This document shows, piece by piece, positions 9,943-20,140 of a DNA stretch of 64,000 bases. Origin of the DNA: an uncultured Armatimonadia bacterium (GTDB lineage: Bacteria; Armatimonadota; Zipacnadia; CAVVLO01). The notes beneath the pieces were generated by a model. It was not told the origin of the DNA. It was given only the letters and a program-made list of their open reading frames with translations, and did not search any database. How positions within the stretch are numbered: the stretch's first letter is position 1; every line of letters begins with the position of its first letter. The position numbers were made by a program, and so were the translations under genes. Location of the stretch: NCBI GenBank assembly GCA_963749155.1, contig CAVVLO010000002.1:1216001-1280000 (forward strand), read 5' to 3'.

Positions 9943-11247
9943 CTATCTGCCTATCGCGTAATACTCCAGTTTGGCGGTTTCCATCGATTCTTCATCATAG
10001 AAATTTCGCCCATCGAAGACGATTGGCTGCCGCATAAGCCCTCTGAGGCGCTCTAAATCCAGGTGCCGGAATACTTCCCACTCAGTAACCAGAGCCACTG
10101 CATCTACGCCCTCGGCAACTTCATAGGGCCCTGTGCAATATTCAATCTGCGGGAAGACTGCCTTCGCGGTTTCCATCGCCTCGGGATCATACGCCTTGAC
10201 TATTGCCCCCTCTGACAGCAGCAGATGGGCTACCTCCAGCGCGCGAGAGAACCGCACATCATCGGTCTTGGGCTTGAAAGCCAGCCCCAGCAAGCCTATC
10301 TTCTTGCCTGCCAGATCGCCCAGCCGGCGCCGGATCTTGTCTACAAAGAGCTGTACCATCCCTTCATTTACTGCGAAGCCCGAGGTTACCATATCCTTGC
10401 TAACCCCGTATTCTTCAAGCGTGTTGATGAAGGCCAGCACATCTTTTGGAAAACACGATCCGCCATATCCAAGCCCTGCCCCGAGGAAGGCCGACCCGAT
10501 GCGCGGATCATAGCCCATCGCCCTGATGACTTCCTGGATGTCGGCCCCTGCCCGCTCGCAAAGCTGAGCCAGCACATTGGCGAAGGAGATCTTGGTTGCG
10601 AGAAAGACGTTGCAGGCGTATTTGCAAAGCTCGGCCGACTCGTTGCTCGTGACGATCATTGGCCGCTCGAAAGGCGCATAAATCTGCACCAACTCCATCG
10701 CAGCTTCCTGGGTCGGCGCGCCGATGACTATCCGGATGGGATTGACCGCGTCTTCTACCGCGGCGCCTTCGCGCAGGAATTCCGGGTTGCTCGCGACCTC
10801 AAACTCGGCATCCGGGCCAACTACCTCGCGGATGGTCCGCCTTACACGCGCGGCTGTACCCACAGGTACTGTGCTCTTGCAGACCACGATGCGATACTCG
10901 TCCATCACCTCGGCGATTTCTCTGGCGACGCCAAATACCGCGCTCAGGTCTGCCCGGTGGGTTTCAGGATCGGTAGGGGTGCCTACCGCGATGAAGATAA
11001 TACGCGCCTGTTTGACCGCGGCTTTCAGGTCGGTGGAAAACTCCAGCCTGCCTCGAGCATACGTGCGCGCGACTATCTCTTCGAGGCCTGGCTCATAGAT
11101 AGGCAATTTGCCCTTTTTCAAGCCCTCGATTTTGCCCGCATCGTTGTCGACGCAGATAACATGATGCTTTCGGTCGGCCAGTACGGCGCCCGTTACGAGG
11201 CCTACATAGCCGGTGCCTACGACTGCAATCTCAGCCAAGCCAGACAC
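9943..11247 (-). CDS. ugd: UDP-glucose 6-dehydrogenase
   Basis: GTGYVG Rossmann motif, KSTVPVGT, NPEFLREG, GYGGSCFPKD catalytic motif, GLAFKPKTDDVR. Confidence 0.95.
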   Translation of the reverse strand: MSGLAEIAVVGTGYVGLVTGAVLADRKHHVICVDNDAGKIEGLKKGKLPIYEPGLEEIVARTYARGRLEFSTDLKAAVKQARIIFIAVGTPTDPETHRADLSAVFGVAREIAEVMDEYRIVVCKSTVPVGTAARVRRTIREVVGPDAEFEVASNPEFLREGAAVEDAVNPIRIVIGAPTQEAAMELVQIYAPFERPMIVTSNESAELCKYACNVFLATKISFANVLAQLCERAGADIQEVIRAMGYDPRIGSAFLGAGLGYGGSCFPKDVLAFINTLEEYGVSKDMVTSGFAVNEGMVQLFVDKIRRRLGDLAGKKIGLLGLAFKPKTDDVRFSRALEVAHLLLSEGAIVKAYDPEAMETAKAVFPQIEYCTGPYEVAEGVDAVALVTEWEVFRHLDLERLRGLMRQPIVFDGRNFYDEESMETAKLEYYAIGR

Positions 11248-11268
11248 CTCTTAGGGGAAGGGGGAGAG

Positions 11269-11344
11269 TGGAGCCGGCGAGGCGAATCGAACGCCTAACC
11301 TGGTGATTACGATTCACCTGCTCTGCCAATTGAGCTACGCCGGC
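11269..11344 (-). tRNA. tRNA-Thr(CGT)
   Basis: 76-nt cloverleaf GCCGGCG...GGTGA-AT CGT AA-TCACC...GTTCGATT...CCA. Confidence 0.95.
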
Positions 11345-11354
11345 TCGTCGAAAA

Positions 11355-11430
11355 TGGTGCCGGGGGCCAGAGTTGAACTGGCGACACTCGGATTTTCAGT
11401 CCGATGCTCTACCTCCTGAGCTACCCCGGC
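11355..11430 (-). tRNA. tRNA-Phe(GAA)
   Basis: 76-nt cloverleaf GCCGGGG...TCGGA-CT GAA AA-TCCGA...GTTCAACT...CCA. Confidence 0.95.
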
Positions 11431-11440
11431 ACGCCGCATC

Positions 11441-11469
11441 AGCATAACTAGTAGAGGTATGTCAGTCAA
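11441..11469 (-). promoter_or_regulatory. Sigma70 promoter for tRNA-Phe/tRNA-Thr (possibly reading into ugd)
   Basis: TTGACT-17 nt-TATGCT followed by a GC-rich discriminator. Confidence 0.7.
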
Positions 11470-11559
11470 GGCCGAAGGGCTTGACCAAACTCCCTCACGA
11501 CGAGCCGCGTTATTCTAACACCCAGCCTGCGAGGGCGCAAGGTGAAGGAAGACGACCTT

Positions 11560-12744
11560 TCACCTCGCCTGAGGTGCGGGCTGCCAGTAAGCCCACATCG
11601 CTGCGTGGCCAGGCTGGAGCCTGGTGATGGGAAACGCCTCTGTGCCATCTGGCTTTGCCACATAGAGCTGCCTTACGCCGTCTCGCGTAGCCCCGAAAAG
11701 CAGCCACTGGCCGTCTGGCGAAGGCTTTGGGTGGTAGTGCGCTACTCCCGGCGCCGATGAGCTGAGCTGCTCCACTCGCCCATCCAGGAAGACGCGCATC
11801 AGCTCGATGGCTCCGCCCACCTTTGCGGTGTAATAGATCGACGTGCCCTCTTGTGACCAGACGGGGGTGTCGCTGCTACCTCCGTGATAATCCGGCACAT
11901 CCAGGAAGGCCGTAACCCCCTCGTACCCACCCCTGTCAGCGAGCTTGCGCAGTTCAGTGCCATCTCGCCTGATGAGGAAGGGGTGGCAGTTGTAGTGTTC
12001 TCCGGACAGGAAAAGCACCCACTGGCCGTCCGGAGACCAGGTTGGCACGAAGTTGAAGGGATTGCCGGTCTCGATCTTCACTGGGTGCCCGCCATCGGCG
12101 TCTGCCAGATAAACCTGGTAGTCTTTGTGATAGGCGATCCTCTCACCATCGGGCGAGGCGCTGAAGCCGTAAGCGAAGCCGGAGCCCTGAGCCAGGTCAC
12201 GCTTGTCCGTGCCGTCAAGTCTCATGCTGAAGGGATGAGACTCTCCTCCTGACAGGGCTGTGAAACCATAGCTTTCTGGGTCGCCAGGCCAGGAAAACAG
12301 TCCACTGTTGTAGTTGCTGACTCTGTCGACTTCGGTCAAGTTGACGAGTCTGCCGGTGGCCAGGTCTAACACGCAGCAGTCGAGTAGCCACTTGCCGGGA
12401 TCCATCCGGAAGCTCTGGTGTGCCTCCTCCCAGGCTGCATTCTCCGGATCTTCCCAGCCAACGTTGATAAAAGCCTGCTTCCCATCAGCCGACCAACCAC
12501 CGAATTGAGTCCAGCTGTTCGGTGCACTAGCCAGGCTACGCGCCAACTCGCGCCGACCTGTCCCGTCCGCCCTAACGACCATCGCTCGTGTCGTGGAGGT
12601 GTTTGCGAATCGCCCTCCTGGCAGGTTGGTAAGGAGCTCGGAGTATCCTATCAGCGTTTGCGGTCGAGGTGCTGCTTGCCCGCAGCAATTAGCCAGCCCT
12701 GCCAACACAAGGCATAACCCGACAAGCCCACAATAACTCGGCAT
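11560..12744 (-). CDS. TolB-like (PD40 repeat) beta-propeller protein, exported
   Basis: Repeated xSPDGxxIxF/WSPDG motifs; signal peptide; RBS GAGGGAGG. Confidence 0.85.
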   Translation of the reverse strand: MPSYCGLVGLCLVLAGLANCCGQAAPRPQTLIGYSELLTNLPGGRFANTSTTRAMVVRADGTGRRELARSLASAPNSWTQFGGWSADGKQAFINVGWEDPENAAWEEAHQSFRMDPGKWLLDCCVLDLATGRLVNLTEVDRVSNYNSGLFSWPGDPESYGFTALSGGESHPFSMRLDGTDKRDLAQGSGFAYGFSASPDGERIAYHKDYQVYLADADGGHPVKIETGNPFNFVPTWSPDGQWVLFLSGEHYNCHPFLIRRDGTELRKLADRGGYEGVTAFLDVPDYHGGSSDTPVWSQEGTSIYYTAKVGGAIELMRVFLDGRVEQLSSSAPGVAHYHPKPSPDGQWLLFGATRDGVRQLYVAKPDGTEAFPITRLQPGHAAMWAYWQPAPQAR

Positions 12745-12754
12745 AGCCCTCCCT

Positions 12755-14564
12755 CTACTCCACCAGCTTGCGCATCCCAGCAATCCAGTCTTCGAAATCC
12801 GGTCCGCCCTCTCGGGTATGCGTCATTTTTATGCGCCTGGCTAGCTGTTCGAATCGGTCGAGAGTAGCTCTGAAGGCTAGGTTATTAGCGGGCTTGCCCT
12901 GTGCCGAATCGCGCATCAGCTCTGCGTAGAGCAGTTGCAGCTCGCACTCCCCGACGCGCTGCCTCGTCTCCTCATCCTCGGCCAGTGCGTTGGCGCGCCG
13001 GAAGCAGTCCCTTGCCTCCGTCATAAATCTCTCATCAAACAAGGTCATCGGATACCGTATGCCAACGCCCTTGAGACTGGTATGGCGCTCCCTCTCCCAC
13101 AAGTCCCAAAGCAGTCTCTCATAATCCCAAATCGGGTCTGCGGCCTCGCCGTAATAACCGTAGACGAAAGTCTTTCATCAGTGCCAACGTGTCCAGACTC
13201 GGATCCCAAAGTTGCTTGGCCCATACCCAGGTGCGCATAAAGCCCTCTGCGGTGCCTGGAGTCTGGTAATTGCCCTGCAGCATCACTCCCTTCGCGTTGT
13301 GCTCCACGAAGAACCTGATACTGTCCGTCACCACCTGCCAGTTCGGCATCGGCCCGGCATAGTGACTGAAGTTGCACGTATAGTCCCAGATGCTGAGGTC
13401 TGCGCCCATGGCAGCCCAGGCTTTCATCCTGGTTTGAAAAGTCTCGGTCTCCTCAATTAGCAGGAAGGGCTCCGCCCAGGCATGGCTGTCGGTGCACAGC
13501 CGCACAATCACGTTCTGATGCGGCTTGATAGTCTTCGGCGGCATTGAAGTATCCAGATAGGCGAGGGTCGAGATACGCACCTTGGGAAACTCCTTGCCTA
13601 CTTCGTCGGCGACCGCGTTCACAAACTTCAGAAGCGGGCCGGACATGCTGCCCTCAGCCTCGGCCAGCGCCTTGCAGTCGGCGCATGCGCAGCAAGGTAC
13701 CGAATCGTTCTGCGAGATACTGATGAGCTGGGCATCAGGCCTTCCTCGCAGAAGGCGCTTGGCGCTCTCTGCGGCGATTTTCACTACTTCCGGATTGGAC
13801 ATGCAAAGCTGCCCAGGATCACGCTGGCCGTTATGCTCCGAGAAATACTCCGGATGCTCTGCAAAATACTTGTCAGGGGGCACCAGAGTAGAAAAAGTAT
13901 GCACGAACAGAGCGTAGGCCGCGTGCCCGCCCCATTCCTCAGGCACCTTGGCATCGGGCGCATTGGTGCGGTTGCGCAGTGACCAGGTGCCATCGAAAGC
14001 TTCCCAGTAGAAGGGATCTCGTATTGCCAGCGGGGGTACATAGGTGCGTTTCACTGGGCGCACTTTAAGCGTCGGCCGGTAGGGGATGGTCTCTGAGAAC
14101 CGCGAATACCACCTGCACCCGAGGTCCTCTTCCAGCAGCGCGTAGACCGCGTTGATTGGGCCCCTGGTCGCCCCCCCAATCAGAAAGAGGTTGCCGTCCT
14201 GCTCATCGATGCCATAGCCTTCATCTCCCAGCTTGGCCCATAATAGGCGCGAGCCGGACTGCGCCAGCAGCTTCGTCGGCCCGATACTGATAAATTGTGC
14301 CCCAGTCACCAACTTGGACTCCGTCATCACTGAGAAGCTTGCGCCACTCAGCTCCCCTAGCCACTGGGCGAGGTCAGCCGCCGCCTTCTGCTCCTCCGTG
14401 GTTGGTCTGTCTCGAGTTACAATCTGATATCGCGCCTGCCCGCCCTTGGCCAGAGTAAGCTCAGTGCCCTGCGGCCCTTTGGGACTCAGCGCGTTTTTCC
14501 ACGTCGCCCCCAGCGCAATCCCGCTCAGCAGCATTGCCATCAGCACAAAGAGAATCGGTTTCAT
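12755..14564 (-). CDS. DUF4838-domain protein (putative glycoside hydrolase), frameshifted near 13100-13170
   Basis: GH20/GH67-like N-terminal domain (EGYGI...GPINAVYALLEEDLGCRW), HTF..LVPP..YF.EHPEYF, QLCMSNPEV, SISQND, TLAY, WDY; C-terminus in ORF 12755..13102. Confidence 0.85.
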
Positions 14565-14648
14565 CGGCGTTCCTCCTGGCATACAGGCCCTTCTTTTCAA
14601 TGCCACCAGCCAGCTTTCCTGCCAGTTACCATATCCCGTATCCCAACG

Positions 14649-14681
14649 AAAAAAGCTCCAGGCCTATTGGGCCGGAGCTTT
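14649..14681 (-). terminator. Terminator downstream of tRNA-Val
   Basis: AAAAAAGCTCCAGGCC-TATTG-GGCCGGAGCTTT imperfect hairpin, T-tract on the minus strand. Confidence 0.7.
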
Positions 14682-14713
14682 GCTTCCTTCCAGTATTCAA
14701 TTTACAGGACAGA

Positions 14714-14789
14714 TGGTGGGCGGAACAGGGCTCGAACCTGTGACCTCCTGCTTGTAAGGCAGGCGTTCTCCCAACTGAACTACCCGCCC
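14714..14789 (-). tRNA. tRNA-Val(TAC)
   Basis: 76-nt cloverleaf GGGCGGG...CCTGC-CT TAC AA-GCAGG...GTTCGAG...CCA. Confidence 0.95.
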
Positions 14790-14812
14790 ACGCCACCGCG
14801 ACTAGCCGGCCA

Positions 14813-14842
14813 AGTATAGCCGGGGCCTTGAGGGCCTGTCAA
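14813..14842 (-). promoter_or_regulatory. Sigma70 promoter of tRNA-Val
   Basis: TTGACA-18 nt-TATACT. Confidence 0.75.
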
Positions 14843-14927
14843 CGCCCTCGCCGCCCTCCAGCAGGACTTGCTTGCTCTCTGGCCAAACTTCGACTAGAAC
14901 GCGTCCACCCAAAGGGGAGGGAGCTTT

Positions 14928-16568
14928 ATGCTCCGCAGCCTGCTGCCCCACCTGGCAGCTCTTATACTGGTGATATTTATGACGGCCTCCGCCCGGCCTG
15001 CTGAGACTCCACCCTTCCGCGTTGGCATCGAGTTTCCCACCCAGGTGCCCGTCAGCAACGCCGTCAAGTTAGGTCTGAAGGAAATGGGCCTGAATTTCAT
15101 CAACTACTATGTGACAACCTTTCCCGGTGGGATCGACCTGCCCGAACAGCAGACCAACGAGGCAATGATTGCCCTCTGTGAGGAGCTTGGACTGGACTTT
15201 GCCCTGGCCTGTCATATGTATGACCCGCCCGAAGAAATCGTCAAGGCTTGCGTCGCTCACAACTCGCTGGAAGGCGCCAAATCCGAGTATCTGGGCCTGC
15301 TTTTCGACGAACTCGAACACGCTCGTGTGCTCCATCACTTTGGTCCCAACCAGCTTGCCGACCTCAGCCAGGTCACCGATCTGCCGGGCGCTTACCTGGC
15401 GAATCTGGCCGGTTACCGGAACCTCGCCCAAAAATATGCCGAGCTCGGTAGCCCTGTAATCGCAACTCATGTTTTTCCCGTATTGCTGCATCTGGCAGCC
15501 GAATCAGGCTTCATCCCTTGCCCCAAAGTCTGCAAGGAGTTCTATTCGCCGGTCAGCCTTGCAGTCGGTCTTGGAGCCGCAAAGCAATATGGGACGCCTC
15601 TCTGGGTGGACTGCGACCTCTGGTATATGGATTTGATTCCTGGCCATCCCGCCGAAGAACTGAAAAGCAATCTCCTGCTTGCCTACCTCGCTGGCGCCGA
15701 CCTCGTCTACCTTGAAGGTTCTGGCTTCAACCTGCACCCCGCGGGCAATCAGGGCACCCCTTTTAGTCTCATCAATCAGATCAGCCCCGAGCGCTTCCAG
15801 CTCACGCTCCACGGCGAGGCTCTGCGCTGGTTCTGCCGTGACTGGCTCCCAGCCAACCCGCGCACCTGGACCTTCCGCGACCTCACTCCCGACGTCGCCA
15901 TCGTGCGCTTTGACGATTCGGACTATGGCAAGCGCTACCAAAGCGACACCGATTACTGGGGCAGGCTTTTCGGGGTAAAGTCTCTGTTGCCCGATGCTGA
16001 CACCGAGGCCTGGCTTCATATCTGGGATCTCCTGACTCACGGCAAGACGGGCACTACGGGAATAACCTACTTCAAAACTCTTTTTGGCCCTTCCGGAGTT
16101 GGCTGGTCAGAAAGGACTATGGATGATCACCAGGTGCCAGGTTATGCCAGCAGGCCTGTCCAGTCTGGCTTCCATACCTTCTTCACACCCTTCAATAACA
16201 CCGTGGTCTATGACCATAAGGTCGGTTATGACCTGTTGAAGGAAGTCCCGTTGATTTTCGCCACCGGCAAGCTTCTCTCGGAGGACACCTGGCAGGCGCT
16301 CGAGCGCCGCGTAGAAGAAGGGGGTACTTGCATTATTTGGGCGCCGCTTGCCGCCAAACTGGGACTCAAGACCGACGGCCAGCCAGTCCAGGAAATAAAA
16401 CACGGCACGGGGCGCTTCGTGGTTACAGACGACTTCGAGGCAGGCAGCGTCCATCAATATGTCTGGCCCTGGCTGCCCAGGCCCGACCGTATCCGCTTCC
16501 GCTTCGGCGACCGCGAAGTATTGCTTTGGAAAGTCACCGAGAACGAAATCAGGCCCGAGGTGAAATAA
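14928..16568 (+). CDS. Secreted hypothetical protein, possibly a TIM-barrel glycoside hydrolase-like enzyme
   Basis: Strong RBS, signal peptide, 546 aa; LLFDELEH and VYLEG candidate acidic motifs; C-terminal domain resembling class-I GATase/trimerisation domains. Confidence 0.55.
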   Translation: MLRSLLPHLAALILVIFMTASARPAETPPFRVGIEFPTQVPVSNAVKLGLKEMGLNFINYYVTTFPGGIDLPEQQTNEAMIALCEELGLDFALACHMYDPPEEIVKACVAHNSLEGAKSEYLGLLFDELEHARVLHHFGPNQLADLSQVTDLPGAYLANLAGYRNLAQKYAELGSPVIATHVFPVLLHLAAESGFIPCPKVCKEFYSPVSLAVGLGAAKQYGTPLWVDCDLWYMDLIPGHPAEELKSNLLLAYLAGADLVYLEGSGFNLHPAGNQGTPFSLINQISPERFQLTLHGEALRWFCRDWLPANPRTWTFRDLTPDVAIVRFDDSDYGKRYQSDTDYWGRLFGVKSLLPDADTEAWLHIWDLLTHGKTGTTGITYFKTLFGPSGVGWSERTMDDHQVPGYASRPVQSGFHTFFTPFNNTVVYDHKVGYDLLKEVPLIFATGKLLSEDTWQALERRVEEGGTCIIWAPLAAKLGLKTDGQPVQEIKHGTGRFVVTDDFEAGSVHQYVWPWLPRPDRIRFRFGDREVLLWKVTENEIRPEVK

Positions 16569-16574
16569 GCGAGT

Positions 16575-17264
16575 TTACTGGCCAGCCGTTGGCGGTGGGA
16601 AGAAGCTGTCCTGCAGCCCGATATTGAACTTGTATTCTTTGAAGCTCAGGTCAATGACGGTCGGCTCTGGCTCTCCCGCTTTTATGGTCACGAGCACCTT
16701 CTGGGGCAGCCACCATTGGCTCGAATACTTGGCATTGGTAAACCGCGCGACAAGCGACATATACTCCTCTTCAATTTTGAGTTGTTCCAGCGTGAACCGC
16801 TCCTTGTCCAGCCACGCGTAAACAGGCTTTGGCTTGGGTGGCTGAGACGGTCCTCTGCCAGGCCCTGCGGTTGGCGGCGCGCTTGGCACTACTGGTACGA
16901 TTTTCACCACATAACAAGTCCGGCCGCCCAGCACGCGCTCCCCCGTGTAATAGAGCTTGGCGTGCTTGCGCAGTTCTCCCAGTGGATTCCCAAACAACAC
17001 CTGTTTTTCCGGCAGCACCGCGAAGCCACTCACTGGGTCCAGTCTCATCTTGTCCGGCTTCTTGTAGCTCAGCTTCACGACTATGCGCGGCGCCTCAATA
17101 CTGGGGCCTGTAATCGAGAGGTTCAGCAAAACCTGGTAATCCTTGAGCGTCGGATTTAGACTGGCAGCCTTGTTTACCATCTCCTCAACCGACAGGCACC
17201 AGCTGCAGGCTGCCCAGAGGAGCATCAGGCCTGTTACCAAAACTATTTGAGTACGATGTCTCAT
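16575..17264 (-). CDS. LolA-like / outer-membrane lipoprotein-sorting family protein
   Basis: Signal peptide; YKKPDKMRLD, GRTCYVVKIVP, AWLDKE, KFNIGLQDSFF. Confidence 0.7.
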   Translation of the reverse strand: MRHRTQIVLVTGLMLLWAACSWCLSVEEMVNKAASLNPTLKDYQVLLNLSITGPSIEAPRIVVKLSYKKPDKMRLDPVSGFAVLPEKQVLFGNPLGELRKHAKLYYTGERVLGGRTCYVVKIVPVVPSAPPTAGPGRGPSQPPKPKPVYAWLDKERFTLEQLKIEEEYMSLVARFTNAKYSSQWWLPQKVLVTIKAGEPEPTVIDLSFKEYKFNIGLQDSFFPPPTAGQ

Positions 17265-17277
17265 CAGCTTTTTCTCC

Positions 17278-18129
17278 TTACGCCGATATATCTCGAGCCG
17301 TAAAAATCGAGAAAGCAAGTGTTATGCTCAGGGCCGCATAGACAACTGTGTACCAGTAGTCCTGTACCAGCGCGACCCAATCCGGGCTGACGCGAAATCC
17401 CTGTTGCCAGCCAAGATAATAGGAGGTGATGAAATAGGGCTTGAGGGTCTCGAAAAATTCGAAGGGCATCACGCTTAACACCGCCATCGAAACAAGCGTC
17501 CCCAGCACCGTGATAATCGCAACAGGGCCAGATTTCATTACCACCGAGGCAAGCAATGCAAGCCCCATCAAGGCTTCAAGCCACAGAAACTGCATACCAA
17601 GCGCCAGTGTAAACCGGACCAGTGCCATATCCCAGGGCAAGATGATGATCTTTTGACTGCTCTGGCCAGGCCCCATTGGCGGGATAACCAGGTCTCCAAA
17701 TCCAAGCACAGCCCAGCCTGCAAGCAGACTGGCGACCACCAGGAAGACCGTCAGGCTCAGGCTGTAGCAAGAGGCCACAACCCACTTGGCAATTATCAGC
17801 TTCGCTCTGCTTACCGGTCGGCATAGGGTGGTGCGCAAGGTGCCCGAAGCCCATTCACCAGCCACCGTGTTGCCTGCCACATAGACCGAAAAAAGTATCA
17901 CCAGCCAGGAAGCCGCAAACATCGCCCAATACGCGAAGAAAGTCGCCGTTGCCGGAGAGCCCACGGCATCAATACCCTGAGACTGCACCATTCCGCCTGT
18001 CATCTCGCGCTTGAATCTCGCCATTGCCCACAGTATGAGACTCAGGTTGGCCAGCAGGGCCGCATACCCAAAATAGGTGCTCTTGCGCTTGAACAGTTTG
18101 GCAAACTCAACTGCGAGCAAGCTCATCAT
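17278..18129 (-). CDS. ABC-2 type transporter permease
   Basis: EFAKL start; AGEWASGTLRTTLCRPVSRAKLIIAK motif; about 6 TM segments; RDI C-terminus. Confidence 0.9.
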   Translation of the reverse strand: MMSLLAVEFAKLFKRKSTYFGYAALLANLSLILWAMARFKREMTGGMVQSQGIDAVGSPATATFFAYWAMFAASWLVILFSVYVAGNTVAGEWASGTLRTTLCRPVSRAKLIIAKWVVASCYSLSLTVFLVVASLLAGWAVLGFGDLVIPPMGPGQSSQKIIILPWDMALVRFTLALGMQFLWLEALMGLALLASVVMKSGPVAIITVLGTLVSMAVLSVMPFEFFETLKPYFITSYYLGWQQGFRVSPDWVALVQDYWYTVVYAALSITLAFSIFTARDISA

Positions 18130-19042
18130 AATTCTCGGCTCCCACCGCGCGTATAAATACATCCTCCATTGTCTCGGCGACGGGCACTATCCAGTGCACG
18201 GTGACTCCTGCGCCAACGAGCGCTTTGACAGCTTCGGGAATCAACTCCTCTCCGGCCTCGAGTACAAGCTGGCCATCGCCTCCCTCTTGTATGACCAGAC
18301 TGGGGAGGAGTTTGCCTAAGGCTTCTCTTGCCACCTCGGGCTGACCAACTTTCAGCTTCACCTGAGGCTGTCGCATCGCCAGCAAGTCTGGGACTCTTCC
18401 CTCCAGCACTTTCTTGCCCTTGTTGATAACCACGATATGGGTGCAGAGTTGCTGTACCTCATGCAACATATGAGAAGAAATCAGCAAGGTTATGCCCTCT
18501 TCTTCCACCAGGCGCTTCAGAATATGCCGCATCTGCGCCATTCCCTGGGGATCAAGGCCATTGGTAGGCTCATCGAGGATTATCAATTTTGGCTTCGGAA
18601 GCATCGTCGAGGCCAGCGCAAGTCGCTGTTTCATCCCGTGAGAGAAATTCCCGACCCGATCTCCGGCCCTGTCGGCAAGCCCGACCAGCTCCAGAGCCTG
18701 CTCGATTTCCTCTTTCGATGCGCCCCCTGAGAGTCTTGCCAGCAAACGCAGGTTCTCCCAGGCGGAGAGATACTCAAAAAAGGCTGGAGTCTCCACAAGT
18801 GCCCCCACCTGGGCAAGCGCCTCGCAGCGATTTTCCCAGACATCGACTCCCCACAGCTTAACCGTGCCCTCTGTAGGTCTGAGCAAGCCCACTGCTGCGC
18901 GCAAAGTGGTGCTCTTGCCCGCTCCATTTGGCCCGAGGAAGCCGACTATCTGCCCCTCTTCAACCTGCATATCCAGCGCTTCGACAGCCTGTTGCTTGCC
19001 GTAGCTCTTAGAAAGCGCGCTTACCTCAAAAGGGATGCTCAA
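18107..19042 (-). CDS. ABC transporter ATP-binding protein (BcrA/YxlF-like)
   Basis: Walker A GPNGAGKST, signature FSHGMKQR, Walker B ILDEPTNGLD, H-loop SSH. Confidence 0.95.
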   Translation of the reverse strand: MSIPFEVSALSKSYGKQQAVEALDMQVEEGQIVGFLGPNGAGKSTTLRAAVGLLRPTEGTVKLWGVDVWENRCEALAQVGALVETPAFFEYLSAWENLRLLARLSGGASKEEIEQALELVGLADRAGDRVGNFSHGMKQRLALASTMLPKPKLIILDEPTNGLDPQGMAQMRHILKRLVEEEGITLLISSHMLHEVQQLCTHIVVINKGKKVLEGRVPDLLAMRQPQVKLKVGQPEVAREALGKLLPSLVIQEGGDGQLVLEAGEELIPEAVKALVGAGVTVHWIVPVAETMEDVFIRAVGAENYDELARS

Positions 19043-19056
19043 GGTTCTCCCCCAAG

Positions 19057-19087
19057 AAAAAAGCCGTCACCCAAGTGACGGCCTTTC
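19057..19087 (-). terminator. Terminator after the response regulator
   Basis: AAAAAA-GCCGTCAC-CCAA-GTGACGGC-CTTT. Confidence 0.75.
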
Positions 19088-19110
19088 CTGTACAAAGGTT
19101 TCATTTCTGG

Positions 19111-19803
19111 TTATCCAACTGCCAATTTGTACCCGACCCCGGGGATAGTGATGATATAGGTTGGGTGGTTTGGGTCCGGCTCGATTTTCGTGCGCAGACG
19201 CTGGATATGTACGCTCAGAGTCCGGCTCGCTGAATTATCCGAGCCCCACACCTTCCGAAGCAGGCTCTCCCGCGCTACGACGCCCCCTGCATCCTCGGCC
19301 AAAGCGCGCAGCAGCTCGAATTCCTTCGGCGTCAGGTCGACAACTTCGCCCTTGAGCTGCACCTCGTGGCGCGCCGGATCTACAATTACTTCGCCCGCCT
19401 CGATTTTTTGCGTGCTGACAGGTTGCTTGCTGTATTCGTGGACCCGCCTAAGCAGCGACTTGATGCGCGCAATCAACTCGCGCAGGTGGAAGGGCTTGCA
19501 CAGATAATCGTCCGCGCCCAGCTCGAGTCCCAGTATCCTGTCGAACTCGTCTTTTGCCTCGCCCGTCATAATGAGGATGGGGATTGTGCTGTTTGTGCGT
19601 ACCCGTTTACACACTTCCATCCCGTCGATATCGGGCAGTGCAACATCCAGTACCACCAGGTCGGGACGGTACTCCTCGATTTTCTTAAGCGCTTCCAGTC
19701 CATTTTCGGCCGTTATAACGGTGTAATGCTGCTGGTGCAGAATAGTCTCAATGGTCTGCAAGGTGCGCTTCTGATCATCTACAACAAGCACGGTATAAGG
19801 CAT
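19111..19803 (-). CDS. OmpR/PhoB-family response regulator (no cognate kinase in window)
   Basis: Receiver VVDD...VLD...T...KP; winged helix LTPKEFELL...HIQRLRTKIE...GVGY. Confidence 0.95.
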   Translation of the reverse strand: MPYTVLVVDDQKRTLQTIETILHQQHYTVITAENGLEALKKIEEYRPDLVVLDVALPDIDGMEVCKRVRTNSTIPILIMTGEAKDEFDRILGLELGADDYLCKPFHLRELIARIKSLLRRVHEYSKQPVSTQKIEAGEVIVDPARHEVQLKGEVVDLTPKEFELLRALAEDAGGVVARESLLRKVWGSDNSASRTLSVHIQRLRTKIEPDPNHPTYIITIPGVGYKLAVG

Positions 19804-19920
19804 CCTGGCTTCCTCCTGTAAGGCCGTAGTTGCAACGCAGGCCACGGCCTCATTAAATGATTCTAAGGCCAAGTTTCAGGTATGGTATCACACATGTCGC
19901 TTGGTGTAAACAGCCCAGCC

Positions 19921-19939
19921 AAACTTAAGAAAAACTTAA
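19921..19939. promoter_or_regulatory. Candidate OmpR-family binding site (tandem direct repeat)
   Basis: AAACTTAA repeated at 19921 and 19932 (11-bp period) in an AT-rich divergent intergenic region. Confidence 0.45.
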
Positions 19940-20140
19940 TATATAAGCCTTTACATCCCTCTCTTGCGTCACCACAAAACACCCAGGTGAATCCGGACGC
20001 AGAAAATGTTAGAATCTCCCCGCTCCTGTGCCGGCCTTTGGCGCAGCGACTTGTTCTTCAGGAGGCTCCACCCTAGTATGAAAAAAGTTACGAAAATTCG
20101 CGCGCGGCGCGCCCAGGCTGGCGTCCTTGATCTTTCCAAA

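Noticed and set aside
11269..14789. Integrated element at the tRNA genes
   Set aside because: No integrase, no duplicated tRNA 3' end noticed, and the intervening genes look like the host's.
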